From positions 1-44,590 of IMG/VR virus record IMGVR_UViG_3300030095_003360: a stretch of DNA of 44,590 nucleotides, one strand, 5' to 3'. The notes beneath the pieces are model-generated. The model did no database searches and was not told the origin of the DNA. It saw only the letters and a program-made list of their open reading frames with translations. Position 1 is the stretch's first letter, and each line of letters begins with the position of its first letter. Of the stretch, positions 8,636 through 18,098 are shown piece after piece. Position numbers and translations under genes: made by a program. The stretch is from a virus. Its lineage: Duplodnaviria > Caudoviricetes.

Positions 8636-8673
8636 AATATTCCTTGCTTCATATAGTAGTTTATTACTATATT
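8634..8673 (+). promoter_or_regulatory. Promoter AAAATATTCC-TTGCTT-18-TATATT for head genes
   Basis: Consensus match between terL and portal. Confidence 0.65.
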
Positions 8674-8698
8674 ATGCACCAAAAAGGTAGGTGCGCCA

Positions 8699-10669
8699 AT
8701 TTCTAGTATAAGAGAGTTAGAACAAAACGAAGCACAGCACTCTGAAGTTAATAGACAACTTTGGAGAATGTGGAGAGATGCAAGGTCTGAGTGGGATACA
8801 GAGGCTAGAGACTCCGTTGACTTCTTTTTAGGTAATCATTATTCTCAAGAAGAGTCTGACGCACTAAGAGCAGTAGGTCAAGGAGATTTTGTTATAGACC
8901 GAGTATATGCTGCTATAGAAAAATTAAAATCCCTATTAACATCACGCTCTCCTAAATATAGCGCAGTTGGTAGAGAAGATTCAGACAGTAAAATGGCGAA
9001 TGTCTGGAGAACTTTACTTGAGTATATATGGGATATTTCAGATGGTGATACTCAATTTAAGCAAGCTGTGCATGACTACGCTACAGCAGGCATGGGTTAT
9101 CTATATGCATATATAGACCCCGAAGCAGACTATGGCAGAGGTGAAGTAAAATATACATATGTAGACCCATTCAGGGTTTACGTAGACCCAGCTTCTAGGC
9201 ATAGGTATGCAGATGATGCGTCTGGAATTATACTTTCTACAGTATTAACAGAAGACCAGTTGTTAAATTTATATCCACAAGTAGAGCCATACATTGATGA
9301 AATTGATACGTATTACGACGAAGAAGACTATCCATCTTCTAGTAGAAAAAACTCTTCACAGTCTTTTACACCTGACAATACACACGAATCTCAATACAAT
9401 AGGATAAGTAAATATAGAATATTAGAAAGATTTTCAAAAGTTAAAGTTCCTTTCTATAGAATATTTAACAAACAAGATGGCTCAGAAGTTATATTAGATA
9501 ATGATAAATATCAGGAGTTTTTATCTAATGAGCAAGTTCAATTATTAATAAAAGCTGAGATGCTTGAAATTGTTGAAGTAATACAAACAAGAATTAAATG
9601 TTCATGTACAGCGGGTGACATATTATTATATGAGCAAATTTTAAATACAGACATTTATCCGATAATTCCAGTCCCCAATATATGGACAGGAACTCCTTAT
9701 CCAAAGTCTGATATATCAAAAGTCAAAGACTCGCAAAGGCTTTTGAATAAACTTTTCTCTCTCACTCTCTCACACGCTCAAGCCTCGGCTGGATTAAAGT
9801 TAATGGTTCCCGAGGGGAGCGTAGATGATTTGGGGCAGCTGGAGCAGGATTGGGCTAGACCCAATGCTGTAATACCATATAATCCTGAATTTGGTGCACC
9901 ACATTTCCCTGCCCCACAATCATTGTCTGGAGAGTTTTACAATCTAATGAGTAGAATAGAACATTATATAGATTTAAGTTTCGGTATCCCCGAGTTAATG
10001 CAGGGTTTTAAAGAGTCTGCGCCTGAGACGGTTAGAGGAACAGCTATGTTAGCTGAAATGGGTGAAACTCGTGGCAAATCAAAGTTAAGAGATATCGAAG
10101 GAAGTTTGACTAGGTTAGGTAAAAGTTTGTACAACTTAGCCAAAAGTCATTATACTTACGCCAAGACGTTTAGAATTGTACAGCCGAATAATGATATAAC
10201 AGAATTTACCATTAATCAAATGTATGATAATAAAAGTCAAGAAATTAATGCCTTAGTTAATGATGTCACCGTTGGGCATTACGACGTGAGAATTATATCC
10301 GGTTCAACTTTACCTTCTAATAGGGTCGCTGAATATCAGATGTACCTAGAAGCGTTTAAGATGAATCTGGTGGATGATGTCGAGGTTTTAAAGAAAACTG
10401 AAATCTTTGACAAAGAAGGTGTCTTACAGCGAAAGGGTCAAATGGCTCAAATGCAATCATACATACAACAACTTGAAGGGCAAGTGAAGAAACTTAGTGG
10501 AGACCTACAAACGGCAGAGCGAGAAACGCTTAGTTCGAGAAAGAGGGCTGAAACTGAGAAGTTCAAAAGCAGGCTCAATGAGATTCAAAATGATACCAAG
10601 TTTAAAAACAAGGTTCAGGTTGACAACTTAAAAAGAATTGTTGATACTGAAACGCAGGCTGTAAGCTAA
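8699..10669 (+). CDS. Portal protein (P22-like); probable ATT start at 8699, first ATG at 8768
   Basis: Position after TerL; W...A....F..G.HY N-terminal pattern, DP..V..DP motif, C-terminal coiled-coil barrel. The frame is open back to a TAG at 8657. Confidence 0.88.
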   Translation: MSSIRELEQNEAQHSEVNRQLWRMWRDARSEWDTEARDSVDFFLGNHYSQEESDALRAVGQGDFVIDRVYAAIEKLKSLLTSRSPKYSAVGREDSDSKMANVWRTLLEYIWDISDGDTQFKQAVHDYATAGMGYLYAYIDPEADYGRGEVKYTYVDPFRVYVDPASRHRYADDASGIILSTVLTEDQLLNLYPQVEPYIDEIDTYYDEEDYPSSSRKNSSQSFTPDNTHESQYNRISKYRILERFSKVKVPFYRIFNKQDGSEVILDNDKYQEFLSNEQVQLLIKAEMLEIVEVIQTRIKCSCTAGDILLYEQILNTDIYPIIPVPNIWTGTPYPKSDISKVKDSQRLLNKLFSLTLSHAQASAGLKLMVPEGSVDDLGQLEQDWARPNAVIPYNPEFGAPHFPAPQSLSGEFYNLMSRIEHYIDLSFGIPELMQGFKESAPETVRGTAMLAEMGETRGKSKLRDIEGSLTRLGKSLYNLAKSHYTYAKTFRIVQPNNDITEFTINQMYDNKSQEINALVNDVTVGHYDVRIISGSTLPSNRVAEYQMYLEAFKMNLVDDVEVLKKTEIFDKEGVLQRKGQMAQMQSYIQQLEGQVKKLSGDLQTAERETLSSRKRAETEKFKSRLNEIQNDTKFKNKVQVDNLKRIVDTETQAVS

Positions 10670-10762
10670 TGAAAACAGAAATAGTGGGAACATATCCCGG
10701 TTCTGCTTTTATAGACATCTATAATTAGGTGATACTAAACTAAAAGAAATCGGAGAATAATA

Positions 10763-11518
10763 ATGGAAGACACTATGCACGAAAGTGCCACAATAGAAGG
10801 TGTAGAAGGCGAAGTTTTAGAAACTGTTGTTGAGCCTGAACAGGTTGGGGGAGAGCCTCAAGCTGCTATCGAAGAACAGCCCGTAGATGATGCAAAAAAG
10901 TTTCAATCTATGTATGATAAAAAAAGCGCTGAGTATGATAGGCTTAATAACGAAGTAGAGGAGTTACGCAAATACCGTCAACTAGGAGAGGTTTTACAAA
11001 AAAGACCAGACGTTGTTGACGCAATGAGAAACACTTTGAGTGGCAATACGGCTAAAAAAGAAGAAGCTAATCAGGTAACAGAAGAATCTTTTGACCCTTG
11101 GGAAGCTTATTACAAGCCGGGTTCCCCCTCTTATGAAATGAGGGTGAGCCAAGAAAAATCTGTAGCTCAGCAAGCTGTTCAAGAACAGATGGCTGGGTTT
11201 AAGCAACAGATGGCTATTAACGACCTAAAACAAGACTTAGCAACACAGCACGGAATAACAGACGCAAATATGGCGAATGATTTTATAGACTTTGCAACAA
11301 CACCAAGGGAAGAATTACCATTGGATATGTTGGTGGATGTTTATAGAAAGTATAAAGGCGGTGAAGGTAAGGTGTCCCCTAATTTGGAAGCAGTGCAGAA
11401 AACACAGACGATGCCAACTACGGCTGGCGTAATCCAAGGTTCTGCTCCTGAAAAACCAAATGAACTAGAGGATGTTTGGAAAGGCGTTATGAATTCATCT
11501 AGAAATACTCAAATTTAA
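10763..11518 (+). CDS. Capsid scaffolding protein (putative)
   Basis: Acidic, coiled-coil rich, located between portal and major capsid. Confidence 0.7.
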   Translation: MEDTMHESATIEGVEGEVLETVVEPEQVGGEPQAAIEEQPVDDAKKFQSMYDKKSAEYDRLNNEVEELRKYRQLGEVLQKRPDVVDAMRNTLSGNTAKKEEANQVTEESFDPWEAYYKPGSPSYEMRVSQEKSVAQQAVQEQMAGFKQQMAINDLKQDLATQHGITDANMANDFIDFATTPREELPLDMLVDVYRKYKGGEGKVSPNLEAVQKTQTMPTTAGVIQGSAPEKPNELEDVWKGVMNSSRNTQI

Positions 11519-11534
11519 AATTAAGGAGTCCTAA

Positions 11535-12887
11535 ATGGCAACTTACAATCAAGGCATTGTGAATGTTGACACTCCGGGTACAGCCGCCACTGGCTATCAT
11601 ACCCGTAGACTGTTTAACTTCTCAGACCGTGTAGCGGACTTGGCTCCAGAAGAATCACCATTTTTCGTGTATCTTTCAAAAGTAGCTAAAGTTCCCACCG
11701 ATGACCCACAATTCCGATTTTTAGAAGATAGAACTAAAATCGCAATGACTGACCGTTCTTTCTTAATACAAGGTGATGTGACTATTCCGGCAGCAGGTAG
11801 TACTCAAACATATACTATTGACACCGCTGGTGGAGCATCTGTAGATTGGCTAATAAAAGGAATGGTTTTTTCCATTGGTCAAGTAACTGCAGCAAATATC
11901 CCAAATCCAGTAATAGTTAGAATAGAAACAACTCCAGTAGATAATGGTACTGATACTTCTTTTACTGGAAAAACTATTTCCGGTTCAGACGGAGGCGTTA
12001 ACATAGATAATAATAAATGTCAAGTAATTGGTACTTCATACGCTGAAGGTACTGGTTCTCCAGATGTTTTTTCTGAAGCGCTTGACAATGATTATGGGTA
12101 TACCCAAATCTTTAAAACAGCATGTGAAATGTCAAATACTGCTAGAGCTACAAAGTATCGTGGATATGCAGATGAGTTCCAAAGAATTTGGAATTTAAAA
12201 TTGCGTGAGCATAAGGTAGATATTGAGCGAGCTATGCTTTTTGGACAGCGTGCAAGTACTGGCGGTATTCAATATACAGAAGGTATAGCTGGTCATGTTT
12301 TAGCTAACGCAACTGCTGTGGGTGGAACTACCGATTTAAGTTATACCTCTGGAACAGCATACCTAAGAAGTGCGCAAGCAAGTGAATTAACATACGATAG
12401 GCTTTTGTCTGATTTTGAAGTTGTATATGACCCTGCTCGTGGAGGTGGTAATAGTAAATTAGCTCTTGCTAGTTTACCATTATTAACATTCTTTAATAAG
12501 ATTGGAGCTGATGCTTTCATGAACAAAAGCTTGGTTGATGGAACTTCAACAGATGTAAATGATGTGTCAAACCTTCGCTATAATATGACGGAAAAACAAG
12601 GTAATTTTGGTCATAGGGTTATGGTGATAGACACTATACATGGTACAATGAACTTGGTAAAAGAACCTCTGTTCAGAGGAAACTCTTCAGGTTTTCTAAT
12701 GATGGTTGACCTAGACCATGTGGCTTATAGACCTCTTGTTGGGAATGGCGTTAATAGAGATACTCAAGTACAAACTAATGTACAATCTGCTGATGAAGAC
12801 CTTCGTAAAGATATGATTCTTACTGAAGCTGGTTTAGAAGTTACTCTTCCAGAAACCCATTACCTACTTAACCTAGAAGGAGTTTAA
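11535..12887 (+). CDS. Major capsid protein (SU10/DUF5309-like)
   Basis: P.E.PF, YTQIF, E.K.DIE.A.LFG, T.GI, E.GLEV motifs; strong AAGGAG RBS. Confidence 0.88.
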   Translation: MATYNQGIVNVDTPGTAATGYHTRRLFNFSDRVADLAPEESPFFVYLSKVAKVPTDDPQFRFLEDRTKIAMTDRSFLIQGDVTIPAAGSTQTYTIDTAGGASVDWLIKGMVFSIGQVTAANIPNPVIVRIETTPVDNGTDTSFTGKTISGSDGGVNIDNNKCQVIGTSYAEGTGSPDVFSEALDNDYGYTQIFKTACEMSNTARATKYRGYADEFQRIWNLKLREHKVDIERAMLFGQRASTGGIQYTEGIAGHVLANATAVGGTTDLSYTSGTAYLRSAQASELTYDRLLSDFEVVYDPARGGGNSKLALASLPLLTFFNKIGADAFMNKSLVDGTSTDVNDVSNLRYNMTEKQGNFGHRVMVIDTIHGTMNLVKEPLFRGNSSGFLMMVDLDHVAYRPLVGNGVNRDTQVQTNVQSADEDLRKDMILTEAGLEVTLPETHYLLNLEGV

Positions 12888-12889
12888 TA

Positions 12890-13417
12890 ATGCGAAGTGA
12901 TAAGTCAAACATAAACAGTGGCGCTTATAGACCTGCTATTAAAGCTGGTTTAGTAGGCTCACTTCATGGTTTAACTGTAGGAGCACCTACTGTAAGCACA
13001 AACGCTTGCACACTTGTTGCTCAGCAAGTTAATTCACCTACGTACACAGGCGCATCTGCTGTGACTGCTACATTGCCACCTGCTACAAAAGACACTGTTT
13101 GTGTTTTTTCTATGGCAGATGACCCTAAAGGCGGAACTGCAGCATTAACATTTAACTGCGCTGGAACAGATGTTTGGGAAACTGGAAGTGTTGTCCCTAC
13201 TACGTCAGGTAATAAAATTACTTACGACGTATCAGACGCTGGTGAGACAAATTTAGTTTTCACACCAACTAATAATTCTGTAAATTTTCTTTCTTACGGC
13301 TCTTTAATAGAGTTTGTTTGCGAGGAAGCAGGTAAGTGGTATGTTAACGTTCAAATGAAGTCAGATGCCGGAGTTACTGATGGAGCGGCAACTGGAACAT
13401 TGCTTTTTGCAGCATAA
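12890..13417 (+). CDS. Putative capsid decoration/minor structural protein
   Basis: T/A/G-rich beta protein directly after the major capsid gene. Confidence 0.55.
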   Translation: MRSDKSNINSGAYRPAIKAGLVGSLHGLTVGAPTVSTNACTLVAQQVNSPTYTGASAVTATLPPATKDTVCVFSMADDPKGGTAALTFNCAGTDVWETGSVVPTTSGNKITYDVSDAGETNLVFTPTNNSVNFLSYGSLIEFVCEEAGKWYVNVQMKSDAGVTDGAATGTLLFAA

Positions 13418-13451
13418 ACTAAATAAATAAAGTTAACAGTAATTAGAACTG

Positions 13452-13481
13452 TGGGGGTTATCGTATAAAGGGTAACCCCCA
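13452..13481 (+). terminator. Stable hairpin after the capsid genes (terminator or processing/stabiliser)
   Basis: TGGGGGTTATC-loop-GGTAACCCCCA; no U-tract follows. Confidence 0.5.
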
Positions 13482-13499
13482 AATCTAAAAAGGAAACAT

Positions 13500-13748
13500 A
13501 TGAATTGTATACATTGTAAATCGCCAAATCCAGAGCAATGGTTTTATTGTAAAAGCTGTGGGCATAGAGCGTCTGAATCTATTTACACCACTAATGTATT
13601 TATGCAAAGCGAAGCTGGGAAAAGAAGCGATATTGAGTTTTCAACTATTAATGTAGACGACCATATAAAGCAGATATCTGCAAACAAAAAAAAGAAAGAG
13701 AATGAGATGTGGAGTAAAAGAATTAAACAAGCGAGTAGAAATGGATAA
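13500..13748 (+). CDS. Zinc-ribbon protein
   Basis: CIHC...CKSCG. Confidence 0.75.
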   Translation: MNCIHCKSPNPEQWFYCKSCGHRASESIYTTNVFMQSEAGKRSDIEFSTINVDDHIKQISANKKKKENEMWSKRIKQASRNG

Positions 13749-13908
13749 AAAAGTAAGAGCACCTAAAGGCTATCATTGGATGAAGTCCGGAGCTGGATAT
13801 AAACTTATGAAAAATCCCAGAAGTGGTTATAAGCCTCATAAAGGGGCTTCAACTATGGCTAGTTTTAAAGTGCAGAAACAGCATAAAGCACCAGCTAGGA
13901 AGAAATAA
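13741..13908 (+). CDS. Small very basic protein
   Basis: MDKKVRAPKGYHWMK...; start 13741 overlaps the previous stop. Confidence 0.7.
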   Translation: MDKKVRAPKGYHWMKSGAGYKLMKNPRSGYKPHKGASTMASFKVQKQHKAPARKK

Positions 13909-14202
13909 ATGAGAAATAATAAGAAAGATTCAAGACTAGTTCGTGCTGGTGTTAGTGGTTTTAATAAACCAAAAAAAACGCCTAAGCATCCTAAAAAATC
14001 TCATGTGGTGGTTGCGAAGGTAGGAGATAAAATAAAGACAATAAGGTTTGGTCAGCAAGGCGTTACAACTGCTGGTAAGCCAAAAAAAGGTGAGTCAGCT
14101 AAGCAAAAAGCGAGACGAAAATCTTTTAAGGCAAGACATGCTAAAAACATAGCTAAGGGCAAAATGTCTGCGGCTTATTGGGCTGACAAAGTAAAATGGT
14201 AA
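13909..14202 (+). CDS. Small basic conserved phage protein
   Basis: K.IRFGQQG...RRKSFKARH...SAAYWA..V.W pattern typical of aquatic phage proteins. Confidence 0.8.
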   Translation: MRNNKKDSRLVRAGVSGFNKPKKTPKHPKKSHVVVAKVGDKIKTIRFGQQGVTTAGKPKKGESAKQKARRKSFKARHAKNIAKGKMSAAYWADKVKW

Positions 14203-14588
14203 TGAAACGCACTAAGGAATCCATGTGGAAAAGGATTGTTGCTAGTGTTAAGGCAGGTAGTAAGGGTGGTCGATCTGGTCAGTGGTCTGCTCGTAAAGCA
14301 CAGTTGGCTACGGCTAAATATAAAAAAGCAGGGGGTGGCTATAAGGGTAAAAAGTCGTCCGGTAACAAGCTTTCTAAATGGTCTAAACAAAAGTGGGATT
14401 ATGTCAGTGAAGGAGACAAAAAGAAGCCAAAGGCAAAGCGTGGTCGTTATTTACCTGAGTCAGTTAGGAAAAGTCTTAGTCCCAGTGAGAAAGCGGCTAC
14501 GAATAAAAGAAAAAAATCAGCTTCGGCTAAGGGAAAGCAAAAAGCAAAATACTCTAAGAAAATTGCACGTAAGGTAAGAAAGGCATAA
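14202..14588 (+). CDS. Small basic protein (DUF5872-like)
   Basis: GQWSARKAQL....YKKAGGGYKG...L.KW..Q.W...RYLP; TAATG coupling. Confidence 0.75.
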   Translation: MKRTKESMWKRIVASVKAGSKGGRSGQWSARKAQLATAKYKKAGGGYKGKKSSGNKLSKWSKQKWDYVSEGDKKKPKAKRGRYLPESVRKSLSPSEKAATNKRKKSASAKGKQKAKYSKKIARKVRKA

Positions 14589-14589
14589 A

Positions 14590-15051
14590 ATGGCTACATT
14601 AAAAGTAAAAATACAAGAAGATATTATTTTAGAAAATCAAGACTATAGTTCAAAAAGAGTATTTGAAATAGAAAGTGTGCAAGATGTGTACAAAAGAATT
14701 ATAACGATTCCTACTGGAACTGATGCAACTATAGCAAGATTCGATGCCGCTGTAAGTACTTCTGTAGTTGGAACACTTGATGTTGATTTAGTTAAATATG
14801 TAAGAGTAACAAATCTTCATGCAAGTAACTCTGTCAACCTAGGCGTTGTTGGGGATACGGAAAATTTTCAAGTTTTATTGGATGGTGGAAAAAGTTTTAT
14901 GATGGGGAAGGTTGACGATGCAATAGTTGCTGAAGGCTCAACAGATACTTCTCCGGGTTTTACGGGATTTGAGGAAGTAAGTCATATAATAGTAGACCCG
15001 GGTTCTAATGAGGGTTCTATAGAAATTTTCATTGCTAGTACGAGTTCATAA
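14590..15051 (+). CDS. Virion structural protein (putative)
   Basis: Acidic beta-rich ORF in the structural block. Confidence 0.6.
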   Translation: MATLKVKIQEDIILENQDYSSKRVFEIESVQDVYKRIITIPTGTDATIARFDAAVSTSVVGTLDVDLVKYVRVTNLHASNSVNLGVVGDTENFQVLLDGGKSFMMGKVDDAIVAEGSTDTSPGFTGFEEVSHIIVDPGSNEGSIEIFIASTSS

Positions 15052-16436
15052 TGGCAACGTTTGAAGAACAAGTAGAAGCATTAACAAGTCTTGCGATAGA
15101 TAGCGGTTCTGCCCCTACGCAAACGGAGCTTACTCAATTTTTAACTGATGGTGCTAAAGAGATAATTAACAAAATGCCTAGAAGTTTGTTAGAGCTTTGC
15201 TCTGCTGAGCAAACTTTTACATCTGGGACGGCTGCTACTTTAAATACTGGTAAAATTTTAAATGTATTTAGAAGTGACGGAGATATAAAACAACCCTGTC
15301 GTGCCATACCCTCAAGTCTTAAAGGTAAAGCTTCAGACGCTGAAGAGATGACATACGCTACTACAACAGACCCAGTTTATTATATAGATAATAATACCAT
15401 TGATGTATTACCCAATGGTGGCTCCTGTTTTTATTCTGAAGTTCAATATCCAGCAGTGGCGTATGGCAGTGATGCGATATCAGTTTTCCCGGATGAGGCA
15501 GAATACCTTGTAGTTTTATATGGGGCTATAAAATCATTGCAAAATGTGCTAGGAAGCCAATCTTCTAGTCTTAATAATAATGATGGTATATCAGATGCAT
15601 TTACAGCGTGCCATACTGAAATAGATAAATTGGCTAATGAAATAATTATTCCAGTGCCCCCAGTTATTCAGTCTGTGGAGTACACTCACCCTAGTAGCTT
15701 TACCTCAGCCTCATCTAGCTCCGTTAGTCCTATCACTGTAGATAAAGTTGATAAGGCTGACATAAGCGTTCATGTACCAACATATACTGCTCCAACGATT
15801 GGTGACCAAACTGAAGAGTTAACTGCAGCTATGCATGCTGATAGCTCTGGATATGGAACTGATGCTGACTTTACAGATTTCTCTAAATGGTTTTCTGTTG
15901 TTGGTGAGTTTATTGAGGACGAAGAGGATATTGACTTAGCTAGGGTGCAAATATCTAAAATACAAACATATATTGCAGCATATCAAAGCGCCTTACAAAA
16001 TCAATTATATACTTTTAATAAAGAAAACGAAAAATATAAGGCGAATATACAAGCTGAACTTGCTAAGCATAACTCAGACATTCAAGCCAATATAAGTCAG
16101 GCAAATATAAATGCTCGCGATGCACAGCAAGAAGCTGCTCAAGCTACTGATGTAAGTAAATTTACCGCATCTCAACACCAAGCACAGATATTGACAGAAG
16201 CGGCTAAAACTATGGATGCAATCGTTGGAGACAACAGCAATAAAATGCAAAAACATTCAAACGAAGTTCAAGCATATCAAGCTAATGTGTCTAAAATAGT
16301 ACAAAATGCGCAGGCATACCTTGCTGAAATTCAATCAAGACTTGCTGTTGACACGACTAAATATACGTGGTATGAAAAACAACAAGCCAAACTACAAGCC
16401 GATTATGATAAAGGCTTGCAAGCATTAGGAGGTTAG
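15051..16436 (+). CDS. Putative head-tail adaptor with long coiled-coil C-terminal region
   Basis: N-terminal adaptor-like helices plus a Q/A-rich heptad region. Confidence 0.5.
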   Translation: MATFEEQVEALTSLAIDSGSAPTQTELTQFLTDGAKEIINKMPRSLLELCSAEQTFTSGTAATLNTGKILNVFRSDGDIKQPCRAIPSSLKGKASDAEEMTYATTTDPVYYIDNNTIDVLPNGGSCFYSEVQYPAVAYGSDAISVFPDEAEYLVVLYGAIKSLQNVLGSQSSSLNNNDGISDAFTACHTEIDKLANEIIIPVPPVIQSVEYTHPSSFTSASSSSVSPITVDKVDKADISVHVPTYTAPTIGDQTEELTAAMHADSSGYGTDADFTDFSKWFSVVGEFIEDEEDIDLARVQISKIQTYIAAYQSALQNQLYTFNKENEKYKANIQAELAKHNSDIQANISQANINARDAQQEAAQATDVSKFTASQHQAQILTEAAKTMDAIVGDNSNKMQKHSNEVQAYQANVSKIVQNAQAYLAEIQSRLAVDTTKYTWYEKQQAKLQADYDKGLQALGG

Positions 16437-16437
16437 G

Positions 16438-16929
16438 GTGGCGATTGATAAGGCAGTTGTAAATATCTCCGCATCTCTTTTACCTGATGAGATTAAAACA
16501 TCAGTGGGTGCAAACATAGTATACGATTTAAATGATGTTGGGAATAATAATAAATGGATTTATTCTTTAACTATAATAAACAACGCAAATGAAGATGCGA
16601 TATTAGCTTCTATACCTTTCTTAGGTCAAGGTACTACAGAGCAAGGTAGTACTGCAACTTCCAATGGAACAGACGATGTAGTCTTCTTTTTTATAAAGCA
16701 CACTGGAACAAGAGATGGGAGTACATCATCTTCAGATAAATTATTTCTTAATCTTAGTGGTGGAGACCCTAGTTCAGGAGGTTCAGTTGGGGATATTATT
16801 ATAGAACCTAATGAGTGTTTTTTTGCTAGACTTTCCAATACTGAAATAGACGATATCAATGTTGAAGCAGATGGTTCTAGCAATATACAAGCTATGGTTT
16901 TTGCAATTATTGATGATGGAGGGGTGTAA
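16438..16929 (+). CDS. Virion structural protein (putative)
   Basis: GTG start with AGGAGG RBS; acidic, beta-rich. Confidence 0.6.
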   Translation: MAIDKAVVNISASLLPDEIKTSVGANIVYDLNDVGNNNKWIYSLTIINNANEDAILASIPFLGQGTTEQGSTATSNGTDDVVFFFIKHTGTRDGSTSSSDKLFLNLSGGDPSSGGSVGDIIIEPNECFFARLSNTEIDDINVEADGSSNIQAMVFAIIDDGGV

Positions 16930-17279
16930 TGGCAGTTCATTCAATTAGCGTTAAAGAATTAATCAGTAGGATTAAATTAGTGTTTCCTTCGGCTCCAGAA
17001 AATTATATATTAAATCTAATAAACGACGCTTTAGTTGAGATTGGAACTCATAAGGTAAAAGTAGCTCATGCTAAAATAAGCACAACAGCAGATAAAATGT
17101 ATTATGATTTATCTGACAATGCTGAAGATTCTAGTGGTAATAAATTAGAAGCGAATCAAGTATTGAGGGTTTATCTAATGGATAATGAAGGCGACTATAT
17201 ACAGATACCTAGATTAGTAGATAAAGACTTATTATTAAGCGATATAACAAGTGAAGACAGTATAAATATACCGGATTAA
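16929..17279 (+). CDS. Putative head-tail connector-type protein
   Basis: V.EL..RI.....P...I..LINDAL.EI N-terminus typical of adaptors. Confidence 0.5.
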   Translation: MAVHSISVKELISRIKLVFPSAPENYILNLINDALVEIGTHKVKVAHAKISTTADKMYYDLSDNAEDSSGNKLEANQVLRVYLMDNEGDYIQIPRLVDKDLLLSDITSEDSINIPD

Positions 17280-17281
17280 TT

Positions 17282-17710
17282 ATGGCAAGTAGTATTAAAT
17301 ACCCAGAAAATCAAGCATTATATTTCATAGAAGGCGACAAATTAGCCATCATTACAAAGGTAGATTCTTCTGGTAGTAGTAGAACTAGCTCAAGAAAGCA
17401 ATGGAAGGCTATATCTGAAGCAGTAACAGATGGAATCTTAATACATTACTATTCTGAACCCAATAGCGTTACCTCAATAAAAGATAGCTTAGATATTGAT
17501 AACAGTCTTGAAAGAGCCGTAGTGGATTATGTAAAGAAATGTTTATATATGGATAAGGCTGGAGCTGGAGATATCAACTCTATGCAAGGAGCTATTGCGA
17601 TGGCAAACCAGCATGAAAAGAAATTTAAAGAAACTGTTCAAAAGTATGGAATAAGAAATAAAGATAAGACTGGTGGAAGTAGAATAGTTAAAGTACCAAA
17701 TTTAATTTAA
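17282..17710 (+). CDS. Putative connector-type structural protein
   Basis: I.Y...P.......LDI...L..A.V.YV pattern resembling the C-terminal half of an adaptor. Confidence 0.45.
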   Translation: MASSIKYPENQALYFIEGDKLAIITKVDSSGSSRTSSRKQWKAISEAVTDGILIHYYSEPNSVTSIKDSLDIDNSLERAVVDYVKKCLYMDKAGAGDINSMQGAIAMANQHEKKFKETVQKYGIRNKDKTGGSRIVKVPNLI

Positions 17711-17797
17711 TCAGATATAAGATAAAAAATTATTTTAAAAACACAATTTGCCCATGAGAATACCCAAGCTCTATAAGGCATAAAAGGAGAAAATAAG

Positions 17798-18094
17798 ATG
17801 GGCATATATAATTACACTGCATCAGAATCGGGCAATGTAGCACTAGGACAGACTGGTTCAGTTTTTGAAGATGGGACAACTGCAATATCAGGAAAAAAGA
17901 TTGTTGCAATTCAATTCTTAGCTGATTCTACATTTACAACACTTACTCCTGTAGACTCTAATCACATTGGGACTGCTGGTGGTAATGGAGATGCGATAGA
18001 CACCTCAAATACATTTCCACAAGGGATGACTATTGTTGGTAGTTGGACTGCTTTCACTTTAGCAAGTGGAACAGTTATAGCTTATTTAGGTTAA
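17798..18094 (+). CDS. Small tail-fibre-associated structural protein
   Basis: AGGAG RBS; P.G.TI.G.W....L.SG.VIAY C-terminus. Confidence 0.6.
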   Translation: MGIYNYTASESGNVALGQTGSVFEDGTTAISGKKIVAIQFLADSTFTTLTPVDSNHIGTAGGNGDAIDTSNTFPQGMTIVGSWTAFTLASGTVIAYLG

Positions 18095-18098
18095 TTCT

